This document shows positions 24,701-38,900 of a stretch of DNA of 64,000 bases, in pieces. Made by a program: the position numbers and the translations under genes. Every line of letters begins with the position of its first letter. The stretch's first letter is position 1. Source of the stretch: Eledone cirrhosa (lineage: Eukaryota); contig OZ024750.1 of NCBI GenBank assembly GCA_964016885.1, positions 52,762,001-52,826,000 of the forward strand. Reading direction: 5' to 3'. The notes beneath the pieces are model-generated. The model was not told the origin of the DNA and made no database searches. It saw nothing but the letters and a program-made list of their open reading frames with translations.

Positions 24701-26592
24701 TCACACACACATACAGACAGTCACACACACATACAGACAGTCAGTCACACACACATACAGACAGTCACACACACACACACACACACACAGACAGTCAGTC
24801 AGTCAGTCACACAGACAGTCACACACACACACACATACAGAGTCACACACACACACACATACAGACAGTCACACACACATACAGACAGTCAGTCACACGC
24901 ACATACAGACAGTCACACACACATACAGACAGTCAGTCACACACACATACAGACAGTCAGTCACACACACATACAGACAGTCACACACACATACAGACAG
25001 TCACACACACACATACAGACAGTCACACACACACACACAGAGTCACACACACATACAGACAGTCACACACACATACAGACAGTCAGTCACACACACATAA
25101 GACAGTCACACACACATACAGACAGTCAGTCACACACATACAGACAGTCAGTCACACACACATACAGACAGTCACACACACATACAGTCAGTCACACACA
25201 CATACAGACAGTCACACACACACACACAGAGTCACACACACATACAGACAGTCACACACACATACAGACAGTCAGTCACACACACATAAGACAGTCACAC
25301 ACACATACAGACAGTCAGTCACACACATACAGACAGTCAGTCACACACACATAAGACAGTCACACACACATACAGACGGTCAGTCACACACATACAGACA
25401 GTCAGTCACACACACATACAGACGGTCACACACACATACAGACAGTCAGTCACACGCACATACAGACAGTCACACACACATACAGACAGTCAGTCACACA
25501 CACATACAGACAGTCAGTCACACACACATACAGACAGTCACACACACATACAGTCAGTCACACACACATACAGACAGTCACACACACACATACAGACAGT
25601 CACACACACACACACAGAGTCACACACACATACAGACAGTCACACACACATACAGACAGTCAGTCACACACACATAAGACAGTCACACACACATACAGAC
25701 AGTCAGTCACACACATACAGACAGTCAGTCACACACACATACAGACAGTCACACACACATACAGACAGTCAGTCACACACACATACAGACAGTCACACAC
25801 ACATACAGACAGTCAGTCACACACACATACAGTCAGTCACACACACATAGTCAGTCACACACACACACACATACAGACAGTCACACACACATACAGTCAC
25901 ACACACATACAGACAGTCAGTCACACACATACAGACAGTCACACAGACAGTCAGTCACACACACATAGACAGTCACACACACATACAGACAGTCACACAC
26001 ACATACAGACAGTCACACACACATACAGTCAGTCACACACACACATACAGTCACACACACACACACACATACAGTCAGTCACACACACACATACAGTCAC
26101 ACACACACACACACAGGCAGTCAGTCACACACACATACAGACAGTCACACACACATACAGACAGTCACACACACATACAGACACACAGAGTCACACACAC
26201 ATGCAGTCAGTCACACACACATACAGACAGTCACACACACACATACAGACAGTCACACACACATACAGACAGTCACATACACACATATACAGACAGTCAG
26301 TCACACACACATACAGTCACACACATATACAGAGTCACACACACATACAGACAGTCACACACACATACAGAGTCACACACACACACACATACAGTCACAC
26401 ACACACACATACAGACAGTCAGCCACACACACACACAGTCAGTCACACACACATACAGACAGTCACACACACATACAGAGTCAGTCACACACACATACAG
26501 ACAGTCAGTCACACACACATACAGACAGTCAGTCACACACACATACAGACAGTCACACACACATACAGACAGTCAGTCACACACACATACAC
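21740..26592. repeat. ~4.85-kb minisatellite with (CACACACATACAGACAGT[CAGT])n units
   Basis: Variable units of about 18-22 bp are visible directly. Confidence 0.97.
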
Positions 26593-26851
26593 AAACCAGT
26601 TTATATAGAACTGATATTTTAGTTTCCCCAAAGAGTAAGTCAACTAAATAGAAAACTGTTTATATTTGTAATTAATGAACCCCCCTCCTCCCTGTAAATA
26701 AAGTTAGGTGAGGGAGGTGGAGTAGCTCATTAGGCTAGACAATATCATTAACTAAACATTAGGATTACTCTTTAATTAGATTTAACTATCTCTTATGAAG
26801 ACAGTATTGAGTAGGACTTTCCAGTCTGGTCAAAAACAGTCTCTGTACAGA

Positions 26852-27366
26852 GGGTGCCAACAGAAAATGGTAGTGAGGGTGCCAACAGAAAATGGTAGTG
26901 AGTGTGCCAACATAAAATGGTAGTGTTGGTGCCATATAAAATGGTAGTGTTGGTGCCATATAAAATGGAAGTGTTGGTGCCATTATAAAATGGAAGTTAG
27001 GGTGCCATTATAAAATGGAAGTGATGGTGCCAACATAAAATGGTAGTGTTGGTGCCATATAAAATGGTAGTGATGGTGCCAACATAAAATGGTAGTGATG
27101 GCGCCATTATAAAATGGAAGTGATGGTGCCATTATAAAATGGAAGTGATGGTGCCAACATAAAATGGTAGTGATGGTGCCAACATAAAATGGAAGTGATG
27201 GTGCCAACATAAAATGGAAGTGATGGTGCCATAATAAAATGGAAGTGATGGTGCCATTATAAAATGGAAGTGATGGTGCCATTATAAAATGGTAGTGATG
27301 GTGCCATTATAAAATGGAAGTGATGGTGCCATTATAAAATGGTAGTGATGGTGCCAGGATAAAATG
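26852..27366. repeat. 24-25-bp minisatellite (GGTGCCATTATAAAATGGAAGTGAT)n, about 20 copies
   Basis: The last unit runs into GCACCCAGTACACTCTGTA, a SINE/RTE 3' segment. Confidence 0.9.
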
Positions 27367-27857
27367 CACCCAGTACACTCTGTAGGCATACAGAGTGGTG
27401 TTACAAAAGGGATCCAACCATTCCAAATATGGAACATATGATTAAGATGAGGTTTTTCCGACCACTTTAGTCTTTGACTAGTCTAATCCTATTTTATTTT
27501 CCTCAAAAAGTGTGACAGCTAAAGAGAAAAATCTGTCAAGCAATTCTTTCCTGAGACATTCTAATGGGCAAAGCCAACCTGCAGGAGACTAGGGAGGCTT
27601 GCTTTGCCCTCATGCCCCTCCCAGGAGAGGAAGAAGAAAACTATATAAAAGACATTCTAATGCTTCAAACAAGACAGTCTTTGTGATATTCAGATTGTTA
27701 AAGTTACATACAAATTTATACGTATATATATATACACACACATATATATATATACACACACACACACATATATATATATATACACACACACATACATAAG
27801 AGATGGCAACTTGATTAAGCCTTTTTTTTTTCATTTCAGCCACTGCACACTCTTTCT

Positions 27858-28197
27858 ATTTCATTTCATTTCATTTTTACGTCCACTTTTCCCTGCTTGC
27901 AAGGGTGGGACGGGAACTGATGCTGGCTTGATTTCTACAGCTGGATGCCCTTCCTAACACCAACCTCATTTACAGTGAGTGCTGGGTGCTTCTTTGCCGT
28001 GGCACCTCCACGACCACTTTGCAGTGGAATGATAGGGACCCTAGTCCCTATCATCTCATTTCTACAGCTGAGTAAACTGGAGCAATGTGAAATAAAGTTT
28101 CTTGCTCAAGGAAACAACACATCACCCGGTCTGCGAATTGAAGTCACAACCTTTCGATTGCAAGGCCAATGCTCTAACCACTAAGCCATGTGCCTCC
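27858..28197 (-). mobile_element. tRNA-derived SINE
   Basis: Same family as 1380-1764. Confidence 0.88.
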
Positions 28198-28383
28198 ATA
28201 TTTCTTTTTTAAATTTCTCATTCTATCTTCTGATGAAGGACAAGTGTCTGAGACGTCAACATTCTTTTCCTACTATATCAAGCATAAAACTAATAAAATA
28301 TTTCTTCATTGTACTGTGTTGTTTGCTTTGTTATTTCTGTTTGCCTTTTGCATATATATATATAAAATCTGAGAAATACTTAC

Positions 28384-28411
28384 AATTCTAGAACATCTTC
28401 AAGCACCATAT
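28384..28411 (-). CDS. LSM5: LSM5 internal 28-bp micro-exon, (N)MVLEDVLE(F)
   Basis: cag|ATATGGTGCTTGAAGATGTTCTAGAATT|gtaagt. It continues in frame from the 96-bp exon to give FDDFVNMVLEDV, the LSm5 Sm1 motif. Confidence 0.93.
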
Positions 28412-28421
28412 CTGTATTGTG

Positions 28422-28430
28422 GTTAGGGAA
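28422..28430 (-). promoter_or_regulatory. U12-type branch point
   Basis: TTCCCTAAC (consensus TTCCTTAAC) ending 10 nt before the exon, with no polypyrimidine tract. Confidence 0.85.
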
Positions 28431-28834
28431 AATAACATTATTTCAATGAAACAGTTGTAGAAAAAATAGTAATGGTCTCTGATTTAGGCGTAGTTGATTG
28501 AATTGACACGAGTACGTTACTGGTACTTTATTACCTTGAAGGAGGAACAGAAGAATCAACCTGAGTGACGTTGGAACTCAAAGTGTAAAATATGAACATC
28601 TAAACTATTACAGCCATCACTCATAATCGAGTAAGACTTAGTAGAGTGTATGATACTTTTGCTAAGGTGGCCTTGCAGCTGTGGCAGACACCCCATTGCT
28701 TCCACCCAGCACCAGTAGGAACATCCAGGTTGTGACAGCTGGAATGATGGCTGCACTAGAGGGTGACTGCTATTTCATCAACTCTTAACACCAGGAGTAA
28801 TGCTCAAACTATTCTGTCAAATTGACAACATTAC

Positions 28835-29370
28835 AACAACACTAACACCACCACCACCACCACTACCACCACTAACACCACCACCACTACCACTACCACC
28901 ACCACTACCAACACTAACACCACCACCACCACTACCACGACCAACACTAACACCACCACCACCACGACCAACACTAACACCACCACCACCACCACTACCA
29001 ACACTAACACCACCACCACCAACAACACTAACACCACCACCAACAACACTAACACCACCACCACCACCACTACCACGACCAACACTAACACCACCACCAA
29101 CACTAACACCACCACCACCACCACCAACAACACTAACATCACCACCAACAACACTAACACCACCACCACCACCAACAACACTAACACCACTACCAATACC
29201 ACCACCAACGCTAACACCACCACCACCACCACTAACACTAACACCACCACCAACAACACTAACACCCCCACCACCACCACCACCACCAACATTAACACCC
29301 CCACCAACAACACTAACACCACCAACAACAACACTAACACCCCCACCAACAACAACAACAATAGTAACAA
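28835..29370. repeat. Degenerate (CCA/CAA/CTA)n trinucleotide repeat
   Basis: Direct inspection; the poly-Pro/Gly/Val ORFs here are artefacts. Confidence 0.95.
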
Positions 29371-29697
29371 CATTAGTACATTTGGTTAAAACAAAAATAT
29401 AATATTGATCAATAAATACAGTGAAAATAATGGTAAGACTAAGTTGTAGAAACACTAAAAGACTTTTCTTGCTGCCACAGAACATATTCTTCACCCTTGA
29501 GACTTATCCATAAGTTAATCCTGTTAAAAAGGACATTTTTATAGGGTTTTTTGTTCATATTTAGATCTCTTTTATTATCCTATTATTTTATCATACTACC
29601 CTCCTCCCATATATATATATATATGAATGTATATATGTGTGTGTGTATATATACACATATATGCAAACATACATGCATGCACACATACATACACACA

Positions 29698-30600
29698 CAC
29701 AGACGAAACACAGTTCGGATTTGTGCCAGGAAAAAGTACCACTGATGCTCCTTTTCTTGTGAGGCAACTGTAGGAAAAGTACCTAGCTAAAATTAAACCC
29801 CTATACTTGGCATTGAGGACCTGGAGAAAGCTTTTGACAGAGTTCCCCCATTCCATTATCTGGTGGGCTCTTAGAAAACTAGGAGATGAGTGGCTTGTGA
29901 GGGCAGTACAAGCCACTGGTAGAACTAGAGAAAAATTTCCAAACATGCAAGCAAGGCCTAGAATCTAAAGGTCTTAAAGTCAACCTGGCAAAGACCAAAC
30001 TCCTAGTAGGCAGACTAGCAAAGAATGCAGATTTTATATGTGGTCGTTGTTCAGGTGCAGTAAGTAGCAAGAGCCCACAGGATACTAGCTCCTTTAAACC
30101 CCCAGAGGGCTCAGTAGAAATAATTGATAGTTTCCGTTACCTGGGCAACCAAATTAGCAGTGGAGATGGATGTTCCAAATGTACTGTAGCTAGAGTGAGA
30201 AAGTTCAGGGAGCTACTGCTGCTGCTAACCACAAAAGGTCTTTCCTTCAAGATGAAAGGCAGACTGTATGATGCATGTATATGAACAGCAATGTTGCTTG
30301 GCAGTGAGACCTGGGCACTGCGTGCAGAGGACTTGCAAAGATTGGAAAGAAATGAAGCTTTCATGCTTCGATGGGTGTGTAATGGTAATATACACGAATG
30401 GCAAAGCATAAATAGACAAAGAAACTAGGCATAAGAGGGATGAAATGCATTGGTATGGACATATATAATGTATATGAAGGATGACAGCTAAAGTTTGATG
30501 GAAGCTACCATGTAGGATGACCAAGGAAGACTTAGGATGAGGTGATAAAACCTGACCTTGTACAATTGCACCTCTTGAAGGTGATGACACAGGATCGTAA
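29698..30600 (+). mobile_element. Heavily deleted old RTE LINE fragment
   Basis: Segments homologous to QFGFV.GKSTTDA, DLEKAFDRVP, YLG..ISSG and SETWAL of the RTE ORF. Confidence 0.85.
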
Positions 30601-31243
30601 ACAACAACGCAGCAGTAACAACAACCACAGCATCAACAATAATGATTTATTTTATTCCCTGCCATGGATATAATGGTGGAGACTTTACAAAGATCAGAAT
30701 AAAATGTGTAGGGGGGGGGGGGGGGGGTACAGGTATATCTGGTAAAGAAATAACTAACGACAACGACAACAACAACAACAACACTGATTTCTAATTTGGA
30801 CACAAGACCAGTAGTTTGTGCAGAAGAGAGAGTTGATTACATCAACCCAGTATATGACTGGTACTAATGTCTTGTTTAGGCTGTGAATTGGTAGTCATTG
30901 GAACGTCAGATTTATGCTTTATGGTATTTGTTCCAGCTCTCTGAATTCAAATCCTGACGAGGTCAACTTTGTCTTTCATCCTTTCAAAGTTGATAAAAAA
31001 AGTACCAGTCTAGTACTGGGGTCGATTCTTCCCTCTCTGGAAGAAATCTGCTGTATTCAGGCCTGGGGAGGGATGGGTTCCGCCAAGCTAGAAATGTCCA
31101 AGAAATGCTGTATGTCAACACGGTGCCGCTGCCACTATCAGGAGTAATGGGGCTATTCATACAATGTTTTGTTTAGTATATTAAAGTGTAAATATTTTTA
31201 TTCCATGTGTTGGCATGTGGTTAAGATGGAACCGTGCTGTTTT

Positions 31244-32516
31244 AGGTCCAATGCCACTGTATGGTATGTCCCTATATTTACCAGCTGACTTCACCAAGGT
31301 CCAATGCCACTGTATGGTATGTCCCTATATTTACCAGCTGACTTCACCAAGGTCCAATGCCACTGTATGGTATGTCCCTATATTTACCAGTTGACTTCAC
31401 CAAGGTCCAATGCCACTGTATGGTATGTCCCTATATTTACCAGTTGACTTCACCAAGGTCCAATGCCACTGTATGGTATGTCCCTATATTTACCAGTTGA
31501 CTTCACCAAGGTCCAATGCCACTGTATGGTATGTCCCTATATTTACCAGTTGACTTCACCAAGGTCCAATGCCACTGTATGGTATGTCCCTATATTTACC
31601 AGTTGACTTCACCAAGGTCCAATGCCACTGTATGGTATGTCCCTATATTTACCAGTTGACTTCACCAAGGTCCAATGCCACTGTATGGTATGTCCCTATA
31701 TTTACCAGCTGACTTCACCAAGGTCCAATGCCACTGTATGGTATGTCCCTATATTTACCAGCTGACTTCACCAAGGTCCAATGCCACTGTATGGTATGTC
31801 CCTATATTTACCAGCTGACTTCACCAAGGTCCAATGCCACTGTATGGTATGTCCCTATATTTACCAGCTGACTTCACCAAGGTCCAATGCCACTGTATGG
31901 TATGTCCCTATATTTACCAGCTGACTTCACCAAGGTCCAATGCCACTGTATGGTATGTCCCTATATTTACCAGTTGACTTCACCAAGGTCCAATGCCACT
32001 GTATGGTATGTCCCTATATTTACCAGCTGACTTCACCAAGGTCCAATGCCACTGTATGGTATGTCCCTATATTTACCAGCTGACTTCACCAAGGTCCAAT
32101 GCCACTGTATGGTATGTCCCTATATTTACCAGTTGACTTCACCAAGGTCCAATGCCACTGTATGGTATGTCCCTATATTTACCAGCTGACTTCACCAAGG
32201 TCCAATGCCACTGTATGGTATGTCCCTATATTTACCAGCTGACTTCACCAAGGTCCAATGCCATTGTATGGTATGTCCCTATATTTACCAGTTGACTTCA
32301 CCAAGGTCCAATGCCACTGTATGGTATGTCCCTATATTTACCAGTTGACTTCACCAAGGTCCAATGCCACTGTATGGTATGTCCCTATATTTACCAGTTG
32401 ACTTCACCAAGGTCCAATGCCACTGTATGGTATGTCCCTATATTTACCAGTTGACTTCACCAAGGTCCAATGCCACTGTATGGTATGTCCCTATATTTAC
32501 CAGCTGACTTCACCAA
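31244..32516. repeat. 53-bp tandem repeat x24, nearly homogeneous
   Basis: Unit AGGTCCAATGCCACTGTATGGTATGTCCCTATATTTACCAGYTGACTTCACCA, no spacers. Confidence 0.97.
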
Positions 32517-33861
32517 ATAACTGACTGAAACAATATTGAACACTGCATTACCAGATTTATATTTATGGATTTTGTTCTTGATTTTTATTTCTTTTGTTAT
32601 CAGAATATTCTTTAAGAGTTTGTTTTTTGGAAAGGAGGTGGGGTGTGGGGTTCTCAGATACTAAACAGTTTAGCTGTGTTAAGTCTCAGCTGTGTTAAGT
32701 CTTAGCTGTGTTAAGTCTCAGCTGTGTGACAGTAGGAACAGATAACCAAAGATGACATTTCAGAAAATCTCTCCTTGATCCAACCACACACAACACCACC
32801 ACCACTACTACTACTTTAATGGTGATCAATAACTACTACTACAACCACTACTACAGCCACCCCAATACTACTATCAACACCACCACAACAGCCACCAATA
32901 CTACTATCAACACCACCACTATTATCAACACCACCACCAATACTACTATCAACACCACCACCACTACTACTACTACTTTAATGGTGATCAATAACTACAA
33001 TAGCTGCCACCACCACCACCCACACATTACAAATGTGAATCCAAGTTTTTATCAATATAGATTGTTGGAGTTGAATATATCTGAAGAAAATATTTGATCT
33101 GAGGCTGGAACAAATTGGAATCTACAAATCAATGACCAATAAAATATATGAAGCAATGAGGGAGCAACTCCACTTTATGTAGTCATTGTGGTAGAAATAG
33201 CAGCTAAATCTCCCTTTTGATACTAAATTGACTAAAAGTGGTTCTACAATAAATATGTTTATTTCAACACTTAAACCTGTCATTACTGTTTTAATGAAAT
33301 ACATTTTACTTCAATTAATTAATGAAGATTTTAAACAGATTTACTAAAATTATTTCTCATTTTAATATTAAAATATTTGTAACAAATTGTTCTTATATAA
33401 CATTATCTTTTGTGTATCCAGTTTAGAATAGATAACGCCCCCTCCCCCCAATCCCTGCATGTTATAAGAAGCAACTAAAAGGGTTAGTGTCAGGAAGGGC
33501 ATCCAGCTGTAAAACACTGCCTCATAAAGTCACGTCCAACCCATGCCAGCATGGAAAAATTGATGTAAAAACAATAATAATGATGATATACAAATGGTAG
33601 TGCTTTTGCCACAATAAAATACATCTAACCCACCCTGTAAAGTGCTGGTACTGTGATAAAAATCACCCAGTCCACCCTGTCAGGTCCCATAATAAAATCT
33701 ATCCTGTACACATTGTGAAGTGATCAACATTACAAAGGGCATCCAGCCATAGAAACCAGGCCAGAATGGAATGAGTGAGAGACAGTCAGCTGACTTGTTT
33801 AGCCTCTGAGGATGACAACCTGTCTAACCCATGCATGGAAAATAGGTGTAAAACAGTGATG

Positions 33862-33931
<70 letters not shown>

Positions 33932-34437
33932 TTATATATCATCATCATCATCATCATAATAATAATAATAATAATAATTTTTATATCCTTTTTTCCACAC
34001 TTGCATGGGTTGGATGGGTCCTTCTCAGCACAGAATCTCTCCACCATCTCTGTCAGTCTTACCGATTTGAGGTCAGCTCTCTGCCCAAGTCTTTCTTGGT
34101 CGTCCTCTACTGCAGCCGCCTTCCACTGGAATTTCCTGACATTTCTTCACCCATTGGTCATTGTCCATGCACATCACATATCAATACCAATGCAGTCTTC
34201 TCTCCTGCACTCCACCTCGGAATCCTCTTAAACCCAGCTTCTCCCTATATATATATACACCGTTAGGTAGTAGTGGTGCTACCACAATAAAACACACCTG
34301 GTGCACAGAAGGATATCCGGCTGTAGCCAGAAAAGAAGGTATAAGCAAGGTGTGGTCATCTGTTTTAGCGTTCATGATAAAGCCCATGTTGCAACAAATG
34401 TTCTACCATTGCAATAACAACAACAGTAAGAGCAATT

Positions 34438-34446
34438 AAAGGATAC
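34438..34446 (-). promoter_or_regulatory. U12-type 5' splice site
   Basis: GTATCCTTT immediately after the exon, an exact match to the RTATCCTTT consensus. Confidence 0.92.
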
Positions 34447-34542
34447 TGACAAAGTCATCAAAACCCTGCAAAGAACCAACTATTTCTTTGTCATTTTTCA
34501 TGATGATGTGAATTCGAGATCCAATACATTTGTCTACCAGTT
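34447..34542 (-). CDS. LSM5: LSM5 (U6 snRNA-associated Sm-like protein LSm5) internal 96-bp exon
   Basis: Encodes (E)[31 protein letters not shown](N), the highly conserved LSm5 sequence. Pyrimidine-rich ctag acceptor; phase 1 at both ends. Confidence 0.95.
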
Positions 34543-35406
34543 CTAGAAAAATAGAAAAATATAAATAATATGTTAGAAGGTCTTTAAATAAGATTTTTCC
34601 TGCCCCATATTGGTATGTACATATTTCATCCTGTTTCCCGGTCCAATGATCTGAAAAGACCTGATCTGTATCTGTGTTTTTAAATAAATATAAAAAAAAG
34701 AAAGAAATGATCCCAGACTTCATTCACTGAGTGGGGTGGAATTTGTCAGATCAGACCAAGGGAACAATGTTTTCAATGGTCTTTCCATTGCTGATGATAT
34801 CTACCAGTCACAACTCCTGGCAGAAGGAGCAATATGAAATAAAGTGTCTTGCTCAAGGATATAATGCCTCACAGAGTCCAGGAATCAAACACACAACCTC
34901 ATAACACTCAAACCACTAAGTTTTCAAATGTTAGATTTACAAATGTGAGTTTTCTTACCCCTATTTTTCATCATTACTCAACCTAAGGAAGGGGCTGAAA
35001 AGACCTGATCTGTATCTTTATTTTAAAATAAATATAAACATTTCAAAACAGTTTTGTAACACAACACCAAGAGTAAGTTTCTATTTAAATGGTTAATTGT
35101 TTATTTACTAATATTAGTAATCTTTTTTTTTGTTGCAAATAACAACTTGTGTCATGATGGATTATTTTTCTAAAAAGTGTCTCCTCAATAATGTGAAAAG
35201 TTTAGAAAGGTCTGTGTTAGAATAAACAAGATACAAACAGTTCTGTATGAGCTAGCCACCTGACCTGTCTCACAATGGGACAACTTATCTAACCCTTTCT
35301 TGCATGGAAAAATGGACGTTAAACGGTGATAATGATGATGGTGGTGGTGGTAGAGATGATGGTGGTGGTTGTAGAGATGATGATGGTGGTGGTGGTGGTG
35401 GTAGCA

Positions 35407-35468
<62 letters not shown>

Positions 35469-35499
35469 ACAGCAGAACTAAAAAACTGACTGGGATTAA

Positions 35500-35924
35500 C
35501 CCTTTTGATACCAACACACCCGAAACCACCCTTGATTTATGATGCCAAATTATTCATTTTAAAATGTCTGTCCTTCCTGCGTGGTAAATTGGCAGAATTG
35601 GTAGAGCATCAGACAAAATGCCATTTTGGTATTTATTCTGGTGTTTTAATCCCACCAATGTCAACTTGGCCTTTTATCCTTCTAGGGTTGATAAAATAAA
35701 GTACCAGTCAAAAACTGGGGTTGATTTAATCAACTTTGCCCTTCAACTAAGTTTGCTGCATCAATTAGAAATTAATATTAAACCTTCCATAGTTTTATTT
35801 CAGAAATCTTTCTTAATTAATGTTCTAAATATCAGCTTACTAATGAAAAACAATTATCAAATTCCTTCAAATTTTTGATTATTTTCAAATTAAATTAAAA
35901 CACAGCCAGTGCAATAGAAAAGGG
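35500..35924. mobile_element. piggyBac-like MITE with a nested SINE (~35575-35775)
   Basis: TTAA|CCCTTTT ... AAAAGGG|TTAA ends. Confidence 0.6.
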
Positions 35925-38900
35925 TTAAAGTACTGACTTAGAAATAAATTAGTTTGCATATACATTACTTTAATTTCTCAAGAAAAAATATAAATTGAAT
36001 TAAATTAAGGATTAATTAATACAATACGAAAATAATTAATTTTAAAAAATGTTCTGAAATTAAATATTAAATTTCTTTCTTTTTCTTTAGTTGTTGTAAT
36101 ATTGTCTCAGAGAATATTGAAATGTGTGCAAGACAGATCCTTGTAGATGAACTGGGACAAGAACACAATGTGCGGCTGGCTCAGGAATTGAACCCACGAC
36201 CTTATGATCACCAGTCTAGCATCACTAGGCCAAACACACCTTCACCTAGCCATGGATCATCTCTTTTCATTCAAAGCTATATAGTTTCTCTACTGCTTTG
36301 CTACTAAACTGAAGAGCTCTCCTTTTCTCTATCCCTGTAGAGTCACAATTAGCTGACGATCTTTACTCAAGTGTCTTTTACTGCTTAATACAAGATTTTA
36401 AAAAAATATCAGCCCCAGGTCTACCTGCCCATGACTCTTTTCAAAGCCTCCAATAGTGGTGGGGAAAAGGAGTCCTTAAATTAGAGATCTACCTAAATGC
36501 TTGCAACAGAGTAGACTCCATGAAAGGTAACTAACGGACAGTAGGCTGCAGTTGCATTTGAGCTCAGAATGTGAAGGGCCAGAATAAATACCACAGAGCA
36601 CCTTTTCCAACAATCACCCATCTACTAATCCACTTCCCTGGACTGCTACTTCACATTATCAACTCCAGAGGGGTGAAAGGCTGACTGTCCTTGGAGCAGT
36701 TTAAACTCTGGCTATCAAGAGCCAGAACAAATAAAATTAAAACTGTTCTCATCTGTTGACAATACAGGTACACTAATATAGAATCATCATCATCATCATT
36801 TAACTTCTATTTTCCATACTTGCTTGGTTTAGCCAGATTGTCGTGTGTTGACGCTAAACTGGTCAGAGATAACTTGTTCATATATTCCACTTTCAACTCG
36901 GTTTCTATGGCTGGAGGCCTGTCCTAATGTCACCTTACATCATGTACTGGTACCATTTTATCACGACTCTGGCGTTACCACCTTTCAGGGTGGACTGGGT
37001 ACTTTTTGTCGTGGCACTGGCACTACCATCTTACAGGGTGGACTGGCAGCATTTTATCATGACTCTGGCACTCCCAGTTTACAGAATGGATTGGGTGATT
37101 TTCATCATGATTCTGGCACTAGCAAACCCTACAGCATTGACTAGATGCTTTTTATTGACACCAACACTATCATCTTACGGTGCAGAGAGGGAGCTTTTCA
37201 TAAAACAAAATAAAGTGAAGTGGTTACAACAAAGACAGAAAACCAAGGCATAAACACATATAGTTCACCACAAATTTAACCAAGATAGTAATGGCTGTTG
37301 GTGTTGTAGAGAGAGAGAGAGAAGAATTTTTTTTAAATGCAGACACTTCCAAAATTTGTGGGAAGGAGCAACAGTATAAGCAATGAACTAATCAAATGAT
37401 TTTAGAAAATTGTTCAGACAGGTCTTATATATGCAAATTATGTGTGATTAAAATTGCATTGTTGACTAGACATTTCAAACTTAATTTCATTTGAATATTC
37501 ATATGTTAATTCATTTGAATATTCCTGTTAACAACTTCAATCAAATTTCCTTTTACACCCCCTACCCTCACATTACAACGTGACACAACAGCAGCAGTAG
37601 TGGCAGTAAAACTGGGTTGAAGACTCAGTGTTTTCTTGTTTCTTCTCAACATAAAATGTTTGTTGTTTGGTGTCAGGTCAACATCGGATTTGACACTAAA
37701 AATAAGGTTAAACCTGAATTAATCATTCACCTGCCTAAAATAATTAATTGGTTATTTTTACATTTTCTTCTCTCATCATGTTAGCTAGGCTGGTTGGATC
37801 AAAGTCACTTCCCTCACAGATGGGCAGAGAGGGTGAATTTCACTCACGTATGTTCCTAAACTTTACAGAGTAAACTGGGTGCATTTTCTAATGAAAAGCA
37901 ATGTGAAATGAAGTACAATATTTGTTCAAGAACAAATAAGCCACCTGGTTCAGGAATTGACTCCACAACCTTATGATTTTGAGTCCAACACTCTAACCTC
38001 TAGGCCACACACCTTTATGAAGTCAATCTATAGAGTTGTTTAGCCCCAGGTAAACATTGATCAAGCAGACTTATGATCAAAGGCATTTCAGTCGTGACTA
38101 TCCAGATTTTTTTTTTTTTTACCAATGGGTCTTTCTATCTTTAAGATGTCAGGTGTTATATGATGGAGATTTGGTTGCTACTTTTAGCAAGCTAAGTTTC
38201 CACATAGAAACTCCTTTGTTGAAAAACTGAAATGAAATAAATAGCTCACACCCATTCAGGCTTAGTTGGCCTCCAACAAGGTTATATCTCATAGTAGGTT
38301 TCTTGGGTGTTTTAATGATGGAGCATTGACTTTTATCATGAAAAACCCCCAGGAAATTAAGCATCTTGATCAATAAATACACCATCCTTACCAGCAATCA
38401 AACCCACAACTGTATGATTGTCAATCCAACATTTTCTAGGCCATGCTTCTTCATTGAAAATGAAGAGATGAACTTTACAGCTCACACCTACTTAAGTTTA
38501 GCTGGCTTCCTATAAAATTGTATCTCATAGGAGGTTTCTTGGGTGTTTTTTGAAAAGCATCTTGAAATGAAGTGTCTTACTCGAGAACACAGTTTTAGCA
38601 TTGAATGTTATGGTAAAATCTGAAATCTGTCATTGCTGTCAGATTGATTCCTTCCCAAAACTACTCAGAAGTCTAATCTCTCTGGCCATTCATTTCACTC
38701 TCCACAAACTCAGGTGTGATTCAGACACACCCAAGCCCCTCACATGATGGCATAAACAGCAACATGGACAGCTGCTGAAAATATGAATTGGTGCAATGAA
38801 CTTGGATCATTAGCTAATATCTGGTCCTTGTATATACGGTGTCTGCTGTTAGAACCGTGACTGACAATATTTATGTTGTGTTGCACACCCATCCTGGGTG

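Noticed and set aside
31244-32516. Possible CRISPR array
   Set aside because: Head-to-tail identical units with no unique spacers, no cas genes, and a eukaryotic context.
34436-34723. 95-aa ORF as a complete single-exon LSM5
   Set aside because: Only 34447-34542 is LSm5-like; the rest is intron read-through bounded by clear splice sites.
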